A DNA stretch of 63,475 nt, the filler included, from Octopus bimaculoides (Eukaryota), in assembly GCF_001194135.2 (NCBI RefSeq). It is 4 parts of 4 records of this genome, joined end to end, with 100 filler letters (N's around TTAATTAATTAA, not from the genome) between each part and the next. Parts side by side here need not be neighbours in the genome. Positions count along the whole stretch, not along the records: positions 1 to 19,316 come from NC_069000.1; 3 more parts are not named here. The stretch is one strand, 5' to 3'. Shown here one piece after another: positions 1 to 11,860 of the stretch. The position numbers and the translations under genes were made by a program. How positions within the stretch are numbered: position 1 is the first letter of the stretch; every line of letters starts with the position of its first letter. The notes beneath the pieces are model-generated. The model saw only the letters and a program-made list of their open reading frames with translations. It was not told where the DNA came from and ran no database searches.

Positions 1-165
1 CCCACTACACTCTCTGAGTGGTTGGCGTTAGGAAGGGCATCCAGCTGTAGAAACTCTGCCAAATTAGATTGGAGCCTGGTGTTGCCATCCGGTTTCACCA
101 GTCCTCAGTCAAATCGTCCAACCCATGCTAGCATGGAAAGCGGACGGTATACGATGATGATGATG
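1..165 (+). mobile_element. 3' end of RTE-tail SINE/LINE repeat
   Basis: Ends ...acccatgctagcatggaaagcggacg...(gat)n; the same sequence recurs inverted at 315-600 and direct at 31093-31232. Confidence 0.7.
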
Positions 166-314
166 AATTCGCCCAACACCAACCTACAGATTCTGTAAAT
201 TAAACATTTAGTTCCTATTGTTTATTCTTTTGGTAAAGGCATTACTGCTACAACTTCCGGTTTCCAGATGAAGGGGATTTCTTTTTAATGCGTCTCATTT
301 TAGAGATGGCAATA

Positions 315-600
315 TCATCATCGTTTAACGTCCGTTTTCCATGCTGGCATGGGTTGGATGGTTTGACAGTTTTGGAGAGCCAGTGGGCTGCACCGTGCTC
401 TAATCTGATCTGGCAAGGTCTCTACAGGTGGATGCCCTTCCGAACACCAACCACTCTGAGAGTGTAGTGGGTGCTTTTTACATGTAACTGGCACAGGGAA
501 CCAGTCAGGCAGCACTGGCATCAGCCACAACTACAATTTCCATTTTGATTTACTTGACTCAGTAGGTCTTCTCAAGCACAGCGTGTCGCCCGACGATTCA
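315..600 (-). mobile_element. RTE-tail SINE/LINE repeat, inverted relative to 1-165
   Basis: Reverse complement of 1-165 (tcatcatcgtttaacgtccgttttccatgctggcatgggttgg...gagagtgtagtggg). Confidence 0.7.
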
Positions 601-699
601 AAGGTACTTTTTAAATGGGCTGGTTATGCAACACTGGTATAGGCTATGGCTGTGATCTCACTTTTCACAACAGAATTATTTTGCATTGGATTGCTTTTA

Positions 700-885
700 T
701 GTAACTGATCCGGATTCAGTCTCACTGCGTGGCACCTTGGGCAAGTGTCTTCTATTATAGCCTGAGGCCGACTAAAGTCTTGTGAGTTGATTTGGTAGAC
801 AAACCGAAAGAAGCCCATCGCTCGGCTGAAGGCAGTGCCCCAGCATGGCTGCAGTCGAATGACTGAAACAAGTAAAAGAATAAAA
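700..885 (+). mobile_element. Dimeric tRNA-derived SINE, internally deleted copy
   Basis: gcgtggcaccttgggcaagtgtcttct...gactgaaacaagtaaaag matches the full copies at 62194-62632 and 47305-47717. Confidence 0.7.
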
Positions 886-1446
886 ATATATGTATTCATT
901 CATAATTCTTTGTCTGACAGATACCCGAACAAAGAACCTGTTGGTGTAAGAAACCTGTTTGAACATGCCATGTGTGTACATTTATGTTTTTATAAATTCC
1001 AGCCATAATCATCAGTCATATAAATTTGAATAGACATTTGATATGGGAGACACACAAGACAAAATCACACTCACAATGTGACCCCTATCGTCATTAATTG
1101 TTGCAGTGTCAGATCTTTCATACGTATTTCCAACAATTGTCTTTTTCTCTGAAGCAATCCATGGATAAACAGGTAACTGTAGAAATTTAGATAATTAATT
1201 GTAGAAAGGCTATGGGCATTGTTGAAGCAGACGTTTTACAAATGGCTGCCATTGCCTGCTCAAACACACTCAACAGGCAAGCAGTGTCTGCTTTCATTGA
1301 GATTGGGTGAATTTACAAAGGCAACTAAATTGCTATGCAATATATGGGGTGTTTTGTAACTAAAACTACCTAAAAAGATGAAAAAATCTCAATTGCAAGT
1401 TGTGCTCCAGAAGGAACGTAGTCATAAGAGATAAAATTATATATAT

Positions 1447-1645
1447 GTTTGTCCCCCCTCCCCCGCCATTGCTTGACAACCGATGTTGGTGAGTTGCACC
1501 CCCATAACTTAGCAGTTCAGCATAAGTAACCGATAGAATAAGTGCTAGGCTTACAAAGAAAAAGCCCTGGGGGGTAATTTGTTCGACTAAAGGCAGTGCT
1601 CCAGCATGGCTGCAGTCAAGTGACTGAAATAAATAAAAGCGTATA

Positions 1646-1677
<32 letters not shown>

Positions 1678-1910
1678 CACAAATATATACATATAAATGT
1701 ATTTGTTTCTGCGTCTGTCTCCCGCCACTTAACAACCGGTGTTGGTGTGTTTACGTCCCTGTAACTTAGCAGTTCAGCTAAAGAGACTGACAGAATAAGT
1801 ACCAGGCTTTAAAACAAATAAGTCAATTCGACTAAAATTCTTTGAGGCAGTGCCCCAGCATGGCCACATTCTAATGACTTTGGCAAGTAAAAGATATAAA
1901 ATAAAAGATG
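1447..1910 (+). mobile_element. Two tandem 3' halves of the dimeric SINE
   Basis: ttgacaaccg...taacttagcagttcag...cagcatggc..cagtc..gactgaaa occurs twice, separated by (TG)n/(TA)n. Confidence 0.7.
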
Positions 1911-2834
1911 AAATCAATGTCTTTGAGTTGTGTGGAATTTAACGAACGTTAAACGATGATGATTTGATTACTTTTCAAATCCTCTGCTAATTACTAAATT
2001 AGTTTGTTTTTTGTTTCCTCCACTAAACTGATATATGTTTACGGAGGACTTTTCAAAGATGTGTTGGCAGGAATCATTGAAAATTGGCCGTAGAAAGGTT
2101 TAATGAAAGTAGGGAGACTACAAGTGATGTGAGGGGTGGGGGTAGTAAAAGAGGAAAAGAAAAAAGGAAGCTAATGATTGCTGCTGAGAAGATAAATATG
2201 AAGCAAGTGTCATGTTAGGAGTTGGTGGCTAGAGGGAGGAAACTCAGTCAGAGAATTGGATACAAGGGGGTGAAATTTGTATTGTTCTCAACCGTATTTA
2301 TTGTTTTAGTCATAAAACAGACAAGTGTGTGTGTGTAGATGCATATATCTATGTGTGTCTGTATTCGTATGTAGACCGCATACACACACGTATACAAATA
2401 TACATACATAAGTACTTATATATATATACATAGAGAGAGAGAGATGATGATGATATATATAAGAAAGAAGATAAAACTCTCTTTCCATCAGGTAAATGGC
2501 CCCTGCTCAATATGTAGGAAAGGAATTGGAAAAAGTTCCGTCCGCTGCATCCTGTGTAAACTATGGACACATAAGAGGTAGAGTGGAATCACAGGTAGAT
2601 TAACAGGTAAAGTCGTCTTTGTATGTGGCAGATGTGTAGGAACACTAAGACCACATAGAACTTCGATTCTCTCAAAATGCCCAGGAAGCTCTCTTGAGGT
2701 TGTAGATAGTTTTTCTGTTACCTAGGTGACCAAATTAGCAATGGTGGAGGATGCTTTGAAAGTATCGTTTCTAGAAAAAGAATAGGGTGAAAGGTAGACT
2801 GTATGATGCTTGTATTCAGGTAGCTATACTCCAT

Positions 2835-2960
2835 AGGCACGTATGGCTGTGTGGTGAAGATGTTTGCTTTCCAACCATGTGGTTTCAAGTTCAGTCCCAC
2901 TGTACAGCATCTTGGGCTTGCGTCTTCTATTGTAGCTCTAGATCAATCAATGCTTTGTGT
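2835..2960 (+). mobile_element. SINE 5' tRNA-like head
   Basis: tggctgtgtgg (A-box-like) ... gttcagtccc (B-box-like). Confidence 0.6.
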
Positions 2961-3067
2961 TAAAGGTTAATGGGACATCTTTCTTCGTATTTGAAACACG
3001 AATATTCCTTTCCCGAGCGTCCAATAACACTATCCGTATCACGTCCTCACTTTGTTTTTTTTGAACC

Positions 3068-3120
<53 letters not shown>

Positions 3121-3131
3121 ATATATATATG

Positions 3132-3163
<32 letters not shown>

Positions 3164-3619
3164 AAGTACATGTATATGCATACACACAGCTACAATCATA
3201 GAGTTAAGTTAATGAGGGTAACGTCTACAGTGTCGTCTGACCTGCAAGAAATAACAACTAAAATTCACTCAAGTGTTTTGAAAGAAAGCAGAAAGACATG
3301 AGATAATCAGGTGCTGGCTACACTATCACCGAAATTACAGGAATGTGTTTAATGATAGGTTTATGCAATTGGAGCTAAACAATAATTATCCAGTGGGTTC
3401 GGAACATGGTATATGCTGCAGTTTTGCTATTTGCAGAGACCTTTGTAACATGGGGGAAAAGGAAATGATTGAATGAGATTTATGTTCAGTTTCGGTCTTT
3501 GCTATATTTTTTGTTGAACCCTGGGTCAATCACGACTAGCACAGCTTTTTGTACTCTGCATGTCCATTGACTAAAATAAGTAAAACGGTCTTATATATAT
3601 ATACATATAGATAGATAGA

Positions 3620-3745
3620 TACAACAAGCTTTCTTTCAGTTTCCATCTGAAATCAACTCGCAAGGCTTTAGTTAGCCTGGTGCTATAGTAGAAGACATTT
3701 GCCTTAAGTGTTGTGCAGTGGGACTGAACCCAAATCCAAATGGTT
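3620..3745 (-). mobile_element. SINE 5' half
   Basis: ttctttcagtttcc...gcagtgggactgaaccc matches the other minus-strand copies. Confidence 0.6.
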
Positions 3746-3785
3746 ATACATTATACAAAAATTGGGGTGAGGAAAAAAAACGACC

Positions 3786-3857
3786 TGGAGATGCCGGGGA
3801 TTGAACCCGGGGCCTTTCACATGCAAAGCGAACGCTCTACCACTGAGCTACATCCCC
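3786..3857 (-). tRNA. tRNA-Ala(TGC)
   Basis: 72-nt cloverleaf GGGGATGTAGCTCAGTGGTAGAGCGTTCGCTTTGCATGTGAAAGGCCCCGGGTTCAATCCCCGGCATCTCCA; G3:U70 Ala identity pair; T8 Pol III terminator (A-run at 3773-3780). Confidence 0.97.
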
Positions 3858-4440
3858 GTCACGTCAGATCTGTGAATTTTTAGGACTCTATTGAGTTTAG
3901 TTTTTGACGTCGTTCACTCACCGACAACATTGATTTTTCACATCGTTTACTACTCATTGGAAACTGTTTCATTTTGTCAATGTCGTTTGTTTGTCATGTG
4001 TAATGTTTAGTTTTAGTAGACAGGGCGAAGGGGCTCAATTTTTTGAGAGGAAAAGACAGGTAAAGAGAGACGTGGGGAAATTGTGACTCTGTTGTTATTC
4101 AACCCCGAGTTCACTTCTATCTGTCATGGCAATTTTCAAGCTGAAACTGCCTCAATATGGATTCTATCTTCTTTTTTTTTTTTTTAGCTTTTGAATCAGC
4201 CGACACCACTGCATGATATGCTCATGAAACTCTCTCCAAATCACCGTCCATTAACTCTAGTGTGCCCCAAGATTCAGCTATGTCCCCCTACGATTCCCCC
4301 TTGCTGTCACCTTAAATAATACATATATAACTATTCATTCCTTCCTAGCCTTCGGCATATATGCACTGTCCACATTTACTAGTATACACGACACCAGTGA
4401 ATTCATTGTGCATCATATACAAAATAAGAAATACTCCGCC

Positions 4441-4490
4441 TGGAGATGCCGAGACCTTTCACATGCAAAAGGAAAGCTTCACCACATCTT
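4441..4490 (-). pseudogene. Decayed tRNA-Ala(TGC) copy
   Basis: tggagatgccg-[T-arm deleted]-acctttcacatgcaaa..gctt.caccac; collinear with the intact copies but with a deletion and substitutions. Confidence 0.75.
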
Positions 4491-4545
4491 CTCGGCGTGC
4501 TATGCATACACAATACAAAGAAGCCAAGGCAAAATTCATTGTCAA

Positions 4546-4617
4546 TGGAGATGCCGGGGATCGAACCCGGGGCCTTTCACTTGCGAAGCGAACGCTCTAC
4601 CACTGAGCTACATCCCC
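4546..4617 (-). tRNA. tRNA-Ala(CGC)
   Basis: Same body as the TGC copies but anticodon loop TTCGCAA; G3:U70 intact; T4 terminator (aaaa at 4531-4534). Confidence 0.95.
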
Positions 4618-6881
4618 TTCACGTCCTACTTGTTTTATTTAGAATTGACATCTGTGTATTTCTAGGTCTCTATTGACTTCAGTTTTTTTTCTATAGAGTT
4701 CTCTCACCGACAGCATTGATTTCTCGCACTGTTAACATCTCATTGAAAACTCTTTCATTTTGTCAATGCCGTTTGTTACTGTCATGTGTAATATTTTAAA
4801 AGCTTTGATTGACGAAGGGGCGCAATTTTCGAGAGAAGAAAAGACAGAGATAAAGAAAGACGTGGTGGTGGTGAAGGTGGAGGAGACTAACTTCTGGTGA
4901 AGCCTGCTGTTTCTCGTAGGTTATATTTCTGAAGACCAGTTACCAAATCTCTACCCCAGGACAATAAGTCATCAGAGAACATCAAATAAAAATAACGAGT
5001 CAATAAGGTTGCCCTTATGCGGTTGCTAGGCAGATCCAAATAGCAACCGACTCTCCTTTAGGATGCTTTCGATAATTTAGTCTGGAGTTTTTTTTACAGG
5101 AAAAACAAATGCAATGATCTTGGCTGGAACGTCTTTGAATATCGGTGTGTTCGATCTGAGTTGTTCATGAGCTTAAACAGCAATAGATACAACATAAACA
5201 TACCACACACACGTAGAACGTAAATAACGAAGATACAAGTAGTTACGTAGATCAACCTGCATAACATTTCCAAAGAATATAGAAGACATCCGAAAAAAAA
5301 AAAATGGTGAACTAACAGACTTGTTTACGGCTCCGGTGAAATGACAGGGTCTTTGGAATATCGTATAGAATGACTTGTATGTTTCAAGTCTCAAATTGAG
5401 CCAAGATCAACTCTGCTTTTTCTCCTTTTGAGGTTGATAAAGAAGTAGCGGTCCAGGTCTACGAATCGGTGGAACCGTAACAACGTTGAACCAGATGACT
5501 TGCGGTATTTGTTCCGGCTCTTTGCGTTCTGCGTTCAAATCCCTTTATGATCTATTTGGGTGTTAAGAATAAATCGTCGCCCGGTTTAACAACATCATCT
5601 GTTGGGGTCATCAATGTCTTTAGCGGAGTCCACCCAGTTTAAGGTCTCCTGTTTAAGGACATCTTCACTCCCTCTCATGAATCCCAGAGATCCTACCTAC
5701 ACACCTAATTAAAATGTGAAAAAAAAACAAACAAAAAAAAAAACAAATAACCAACCAAAAACAACACGTTTGGTCAACGGATAACCTTTTGTCAAGCTTT
5801 CCTGCCTCTGTGTAGGGAAATGACGTTGTAGAGATCCTTTCGTAGTAAGATTTTATTCCAAACATAATTTACAAGTGATTTTAGAACTTCAAGAAATCTG
5901 CGAAGCTAGAAACAATATTACCGTTTATAAACTATGTGCGGTTAGTGTAGTTCCCACTGGAGTTGGTATGGCATCAACTTTATATATACCTTTATACACA
6001 AACTAACAGATGTTCGGTCGAACTGAAAAATTGTTTAGAATTTTAAGAAAAAAACAAACAATAACTTTTTGCTGAAGTCTGCAAAATGCCGGCGAAAATA
6101 TAAGGGAAAAGATTAAAAGTGCTCAAATGTTGTAAATTTATCGTAGTATTGGAATATGAAATAAAGAACTGTACGAATAAGGAAATGAAAATGATTTTAT
6201 GACATTTAATTGCAACACCAACCAGTATAACTACAGTTTAGTGCCCCCACTCGACATTTTCTCATAGTTTTTTTGAATAATTCTTATGAATATTTTCAGT
6301 GATATATTTTCGAAAGTGTAAATTACAATTATGTTAACGAAATTTAAAAAAAAAAAATTTATAAAGAAAAGAAATCAATACTTTTTAACCATTCAGTAAC
6401 TTGCTCGTGATCGTTGCATAATAGTTTCGAATGTTTGCATATGGCTCGCAATTATAGGAGGAAGGAATTAATCGATTCCATCGATCGCAATACTTGACTG
6501 GCATTGTATTTTATCGACGCTGAAACATGAAAGGCAAAGTTAAACTCGACCAGTTTTGAACTCAGAACATAGTGTTGGATGAAATGTCGCCAAGCATATT
6601 GGGGCGAACGATTCTGGCAGTCGCCGCCTTTAGCTTATTAGCATAATATTGTAATTATATGTTTATAACCTGGGCCACGTAAAAACAAGGCAGAATGAAA
6701 TTCCCCAATGAAACTAGTACTCAGTGCCATCTTAGAGCATGGACACACTGGACAGTTTCCCAGGGAACCCACGGGTCCGGGGACCCAATTCTGATCTATG
6801 TATGCTGTGGTTTGCTTAAAAAATAAGTGCTATAGAGCCCGGTTTAGTAATCTAAAAGAATGCACATAAAATAAAACACTT

Positions 6882-6953
6882 TGGAGATGCCGGGGATCGA
6901 ACCCGGGGCCTTTCACATGCAAAGCGAACGCTCTACCACTGAGCCACATCCCC
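6882..6953 (-). tRNA. tRNA-Ala(TGC), G9 variant
   Basis: 72-nt cloverleaf starting GGGGATGTGGCTC; T4-A-T4 terminator just downstream. Confidence 0.95.
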
Positions 6954-8317
6954 GTCAGCTACAACAAGGAGATATCAGTAGTATCAAAAATGTAACTGAC
7001 AACAAATTGATTCTCTTTTTTTTCCTTTTTTTATTTATTTAAATAATGTTAGGGAATCAATATATTACTATCGATATGTGACAAGTTTTATTAAACAGAA
7101 GGTAGAAAGCTAGAGAGAGAGAGAGAAGAGGTGAGTGTGATATAACAGTAGTTATTCTCCCAAGCCTTTAGTTTAGTCCTAAACACATACTGTTTATATT
7201 AGTTTGACTCACTAGCGTAGCTAGAGTGGGGCTGTCCGCCCCAGGCGGTACTTTTATGGGGGGTCTGCTGTAAGCTATAAGCCTGTAATAGGTTGTATTG
7301 AAATCAAATAACAGTGGTTTTAATGTCGGGATAAGGACACTTCCTAAACGTTAAATTCAACAATCGATATAGTCACTGTGCAATATATATTTTTTGTGGG
7401 GGGCTCAAGGGCGGAAAAACTGAAGGGCCGGACGTATTCTAGCTACACCAGTAGTCTTTCCGGTGTCTTCCACATCTTGATTGTTGTTTTCACCTCATTT
7501 CGGCTGTTGTACGTTCCAGCTTTCTTCGGGTGTCTTGTGTCGAACGCGGTTGTTGTATCGGAGTTTCATGTCCAACTCTTTATTTGATCCATGCGGGTTC
7601 ACTATTCTCATTCTGCGTTTCGTGACACTTTTTGCTCCAGTTGATTCTTTGTGAATTATCTTAGTGCCTCGCATTAACCAACGTCTTTATCATGCCCGCA
7701 GTGCAGTCACTTAGAAGATCGGAGTTCAATCCCAGGGAAGCTTTGGGTTCAAAATTCCGATACAAGTGGGGTTGAACCCAAGGCACCCAAAGAAGGCTGT
7801 AGCATACAACAACCGAAATGTAGTAAAAGCAGCAATCAAGATGAGGGGGGGGGGGACACCAGTTTGAATAAATAAACAGCAGACATGATATGAATCCTTC
7901 ATCTCACAAACATAGAACGTATAATTGTGATTGAAAGTATCTCAGCCCAGATCACATCGTCCTTTCCATGAGTAAAAGAAAATGTCAAGAAATTGGTTGT
8001 GGTTGAGGTGGTGGTGGGGGGCTGCAGTGTCGTCAAAATTCATACACAGAAGTTTGAAAGTTGGGGTCATATATAATATGGCACCCCTTTGCTGTGGCGG
8101 TGGGTGGGGAGAAGGAGAAAGCATTTTTTTTCAATTGATAGTGTACTCCTCGGAGCTGCGAATCACATTTGAAGTTAATTTCTTAACGATGGTCGCTCTC
8201 GTTGGTCTGAAGGAGAGAACTTGGTGAAAGAGAGTAACAAAGAAAAAAACAATCACTTAATATGACAATAGATAATTATAGAATATATGAGTTTATACGC
8301 AAAAGAAAAAGACGTTA

Positions 8318-8389
8318 TGGAGATGCCGGGGATCGAACCCGGGGCCTTTCACATGCAAAGCGAACGCTCTACCACTGAGCTACATCCCC
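8318..8389 (-). tRNA. tRNA-Ala(TGC)
   Basis: 72-nt cloverleaf with A9 and T-loop TTCGATC; T5 terminator (A-run at 8306-8310). Confidence 0.97.
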
Positions 8390-10319
8390 ATCTACATAAA
8401 AGACGAGCTGCATTGAAAGGAAATATTAAAAACAAAAAAGTACTTCGAAATAGACTTAGAAATTACGAGCACCAAATATAACGAAAAGAAATAGCAGTTG
8501 TTAACCAATTTTTGTAGTGTAATCGTTCAAATAGGAGAGCGTTAGTCTTGTTCCTTTGGCCTCGAATTAAAATTCTTTGCTGCAGTTTATCCATGATTTA
8601 ATGTCCAACTCATTTTCTGTTTTCAAATTTTCTTATCATCATTGTTGTACGGATTAGGAGAGAATATAACACGATCAAAGATTTCCAGTATTCATTTGCT
8701 GTATTTTTGAGCCTAGAATCCGAAGTTTGTGGACGTGGCAGAAAGAGAAGACTTCAATCGCTAATACGTTTTTAACTAACGGATTTCTTTTTCTTGATAA
8801 ATGAATGTATTTCGCATTTTTTAAGGTTTACTGATTTTTTGAAGGGAAACCCGATCTGGAAGTGAGCTTTGTTATCAGTACCGGCGAATTAAGGATAAAG
8901 ATAATCTAATCTTTATAATGTTGAGTGACGTATAAAATTAAAGATTACGCCCTGGGTGATTGTGGCATGTTTTAAGTCTTAGAAAGCAGTGATACATTGG
9001 AGCAAGTTGGAGTTTTTCGTCCCTTTTTTTATCATCTTGCTTGTTTGCTCTAATCTCAGGAGCTTTCCTTATTCGTTTCGTCCGCTTGAATATGGAGAGT
9101 AAGGAGTTATTCCAGACTTATGAATATGCTATGGTAGTTGACTCTAACTCCATTTTCTGATCACATTTAAATCACGAGTTTATCATACGTGCAGACCCCC
9201 ATTTTAGTCAATCAAAATTCATTCCTCACATAATAAGTTCTAGAATTTTCTTTTAGCGACGGACGGCTTTATAAACTGACACTTTTAGCACGAAAAGCCA
9301 AAGGGAATTGGTACTCCGTTCATTACGGTTTTCGGTGAATTCCTCTCTCAAAGCTATGTATAAGTTGATCACTTGTAATTTTGATGACGATCTTGGCACG
9401 AAATATCATACGATCTAATTTCTAACGTGTGTTCTCAACCATTACTACTGAATCTTTTTCATGTAAGCACTTTGTCTCTCTAGGCCCAGGTTTCTTATCT
9501 CTTCACGAATTTTCTTTGTTATATCTGTTTATCATTTAACATAAGTTCAACTTGAATTGCAACCATATTCTGTTTTCCTGAACGGTATTCTATTATATTT
9601 CATATGAGAAGTCGAGAGAGCTGAAAGCTAGTCTCCAGCAACATAGCATTTTTAATAACAGATTTAGGTCGACTTTAAAATAAGAAATCTTTTGAAAGCT
9701 GATCTGTGAACAGGTTTTAATTTTTGTGCTAAGAGGCAACGTTGCAATTTTTTCCGCCTGATTTCACTGTTTACAAAGATCTGTAGAGCCTAAAAGTGAA
9801 TTGTTTAATATCCTTCAATTCTCGCGAAGAGAAGCAAACTGGTTGTCTATTTTCTATGAGGATTGAATCATACATGGCCCAGAGTAAGTCACGAAGCAGA
9901 TATTGGAGAAGATAACGAAGGTGTATCTCACAGTTTCCGGATTGCTTCAAGGCCGGGAAAACGCTGATACCGTCTGGCATGAAACAATGGTGCTGCGATT
10001 TCAACAGAGCCTTATTTTGAATCCATTTCCATTAATACACAATTAACACAATGAAACAGTCAAGATCCCTGGATTCCCTTGACACAGGAATCCCAAAAGA
10101 TGATGCAACCTGCCAGGGTCGGACAACAGTTTGCATTCTCTAAAAAATGTGAGCTAAGAATAATTAACTTTGTCAAATTGAATTAATTTCTTTTTAAAAT
10201 GGAGGAAGAGCACTTATCTCTTGGGCACTTTTCAGGAAGAGTTTGCAAAATTTCAGCATGGATTCCTTACTGGCTTCTTTCTGTTTCTAACAATTCCACT
10301 CATATATATATGTGTGTGT

Positions 10320-10670
10320 GTCCGTGTCCCACCACCGCTTGACAACAGGTGTTGGTGCGTTTATGTCCGTGTAACTAAGCAGTTCGACAAAACAGACCAA
10401 AAGAAAAAGTATCAGGCTTGAAAAGAAAAAAAAAAAGCACTGAGGTCGATTCGTGCGACTAAAATTCTTCAAGACGTTGCACCAGTATGGCCGCAGTCTA
10501 ATGACTGAAACATCTAAAAGATAAAATACACTTCCGTCTACCAAGTTCACTCATAAAGCATTGGTCGACCCGAGGTTATAGAAGACGTCCAAGGTGCTGC
10601 AGATCGGGACTGAACGCGAAACCGTGGTTATAAAACGAGTGTCTTAGCTATACAGCCATGCCAGTTCCTG
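10320..10670. mobile_element. Dimeric SINE halves in opposite orientation (3' half on +, 5' half on -)
   Basis: ttgacaacaggtgttggtg...atgactgaaa, then ccgtctacc...cgggactgaac...acagcca. Confidence 0.6.
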
Positions 10671-10725
10671 GGATAAAGCTCAGTCCCCATTTGCACGCAA
10701 ATACAAAAATAAAAAAGTTCCCCTA

Positions 10726-10797
10726 TGGAGATGCCGGGGATCGAACCCGGGGCCTTTCACATGCAAAGCGAACGCTCTACCACTGAGCCACATCCCC
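10726..10797 (-). tRNA. tRNA-Ala(TGC), G9 variant
   Basis: Identical to 6882-6953; T6 terminator (A-run at 10711-10716). Confidence 0.95.
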
Positions 10798-11490
10798 ATC
10801 ACGTTTAAGCGTTTCTAATTAGCAAGTTTATTCGAAATTTTTATTCTTGCCAAGTTTAAGTAACATTAATATTCGTTAAACTAAAATTACTGACTGCTTT
10901 ATTTCATATAAATTTTCTCAAATTTCCATAAAGGATTCGAGAAATATTTGTTGTTACGCTTGCTCTCGGCAGTTGCGATTATTATATATATATATGTCTA
11001 TATATATATGTCTATATATAAAATTTCCAGTGTTTCTTTTATAATTCAATAACTTTACCCACTTAACTCTCTCTTATATACACGTAAATAGATCCACGTG
11101 TATTAAGAGGTGTTTCATGCTTTTCTCTTAGCTTGTACTGTCGAGTCGAAGCGTTACTTGTGGAGCTTGTAGTGGCGATACAAGCTGACTGGCCAAAATA
11201 TACCCTACAAAATTGTGATTTCATCGGAGGTACATCTGCATAAAAAACGAAGGGACTGACCACAGCTACACGTATTCAAACACGTATTCAAACACACACA
11301 AAAGATCGTACAAGAAACACGCTTGTTCGAAGTTATTATTAACTTGGTGTTTATTTGCAAAGCAGTATAATCATTTGATTATACCGCAGCAAAAGCGTCA
11401 GAAAATAATAGCCATTTGGTATATATTCCAGTTCGCTATGATCTAAGTTCAAATTTGGTGACCGGGGGGGGGGGCGCTAAACTAGATCCT

Positions 11491-11860
11491 AAAAGTTATG
11501 AGGGAAAAAAACGGAACTTTCCGACAGTCCTCTCCCCCACCTCCTCGGAAAACATTTTCCCCACAAACTTCTTTATAATCGTAGTCTATGCTGCTTGAAA
11601 GGTGTTTCTGTAAAATTTCATTAAAAGATATTCATTTTATTGAAAATTATGAGGGAAAAAAAACGGATCGTGGGAATTTTCCTAAATCCTCTCCCTGCCC
11701 CTTCGGAAAACATTTACCCCAGAAATTTCTTTATAATCGTAATATGTGCCATTTGAACGGTATTTCTATAAAATTTCATCAATATATATCCATTTTCCTG
11801 AAAGTTATGAGGGAAAAATCGGATCTTGTGAATTTTCCGAAAGTCCTGTCCTCCACCCCA
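11491..11860. repeat. Diverged tandem repeat, unit ~151-158 bp, ~2.4 copies
   Basis: ttatgaggga at 11496, 11647 and 11805; shared cggaaaacattt..ccc and ttctttataatcgta. Confidence 0.75.

Noticed and set aside
7430-7700. Minus-strand frame with a single stop (~90 codons)
   Set aside because: No start or splice context and no recognisable motif
3786-10797. CRISPR-like repeat-spacer array
   Set aside because: The repeats are 72-nt tRNA genes with irregular kb-scale spacing in a eukaryote, and there are no cas genes
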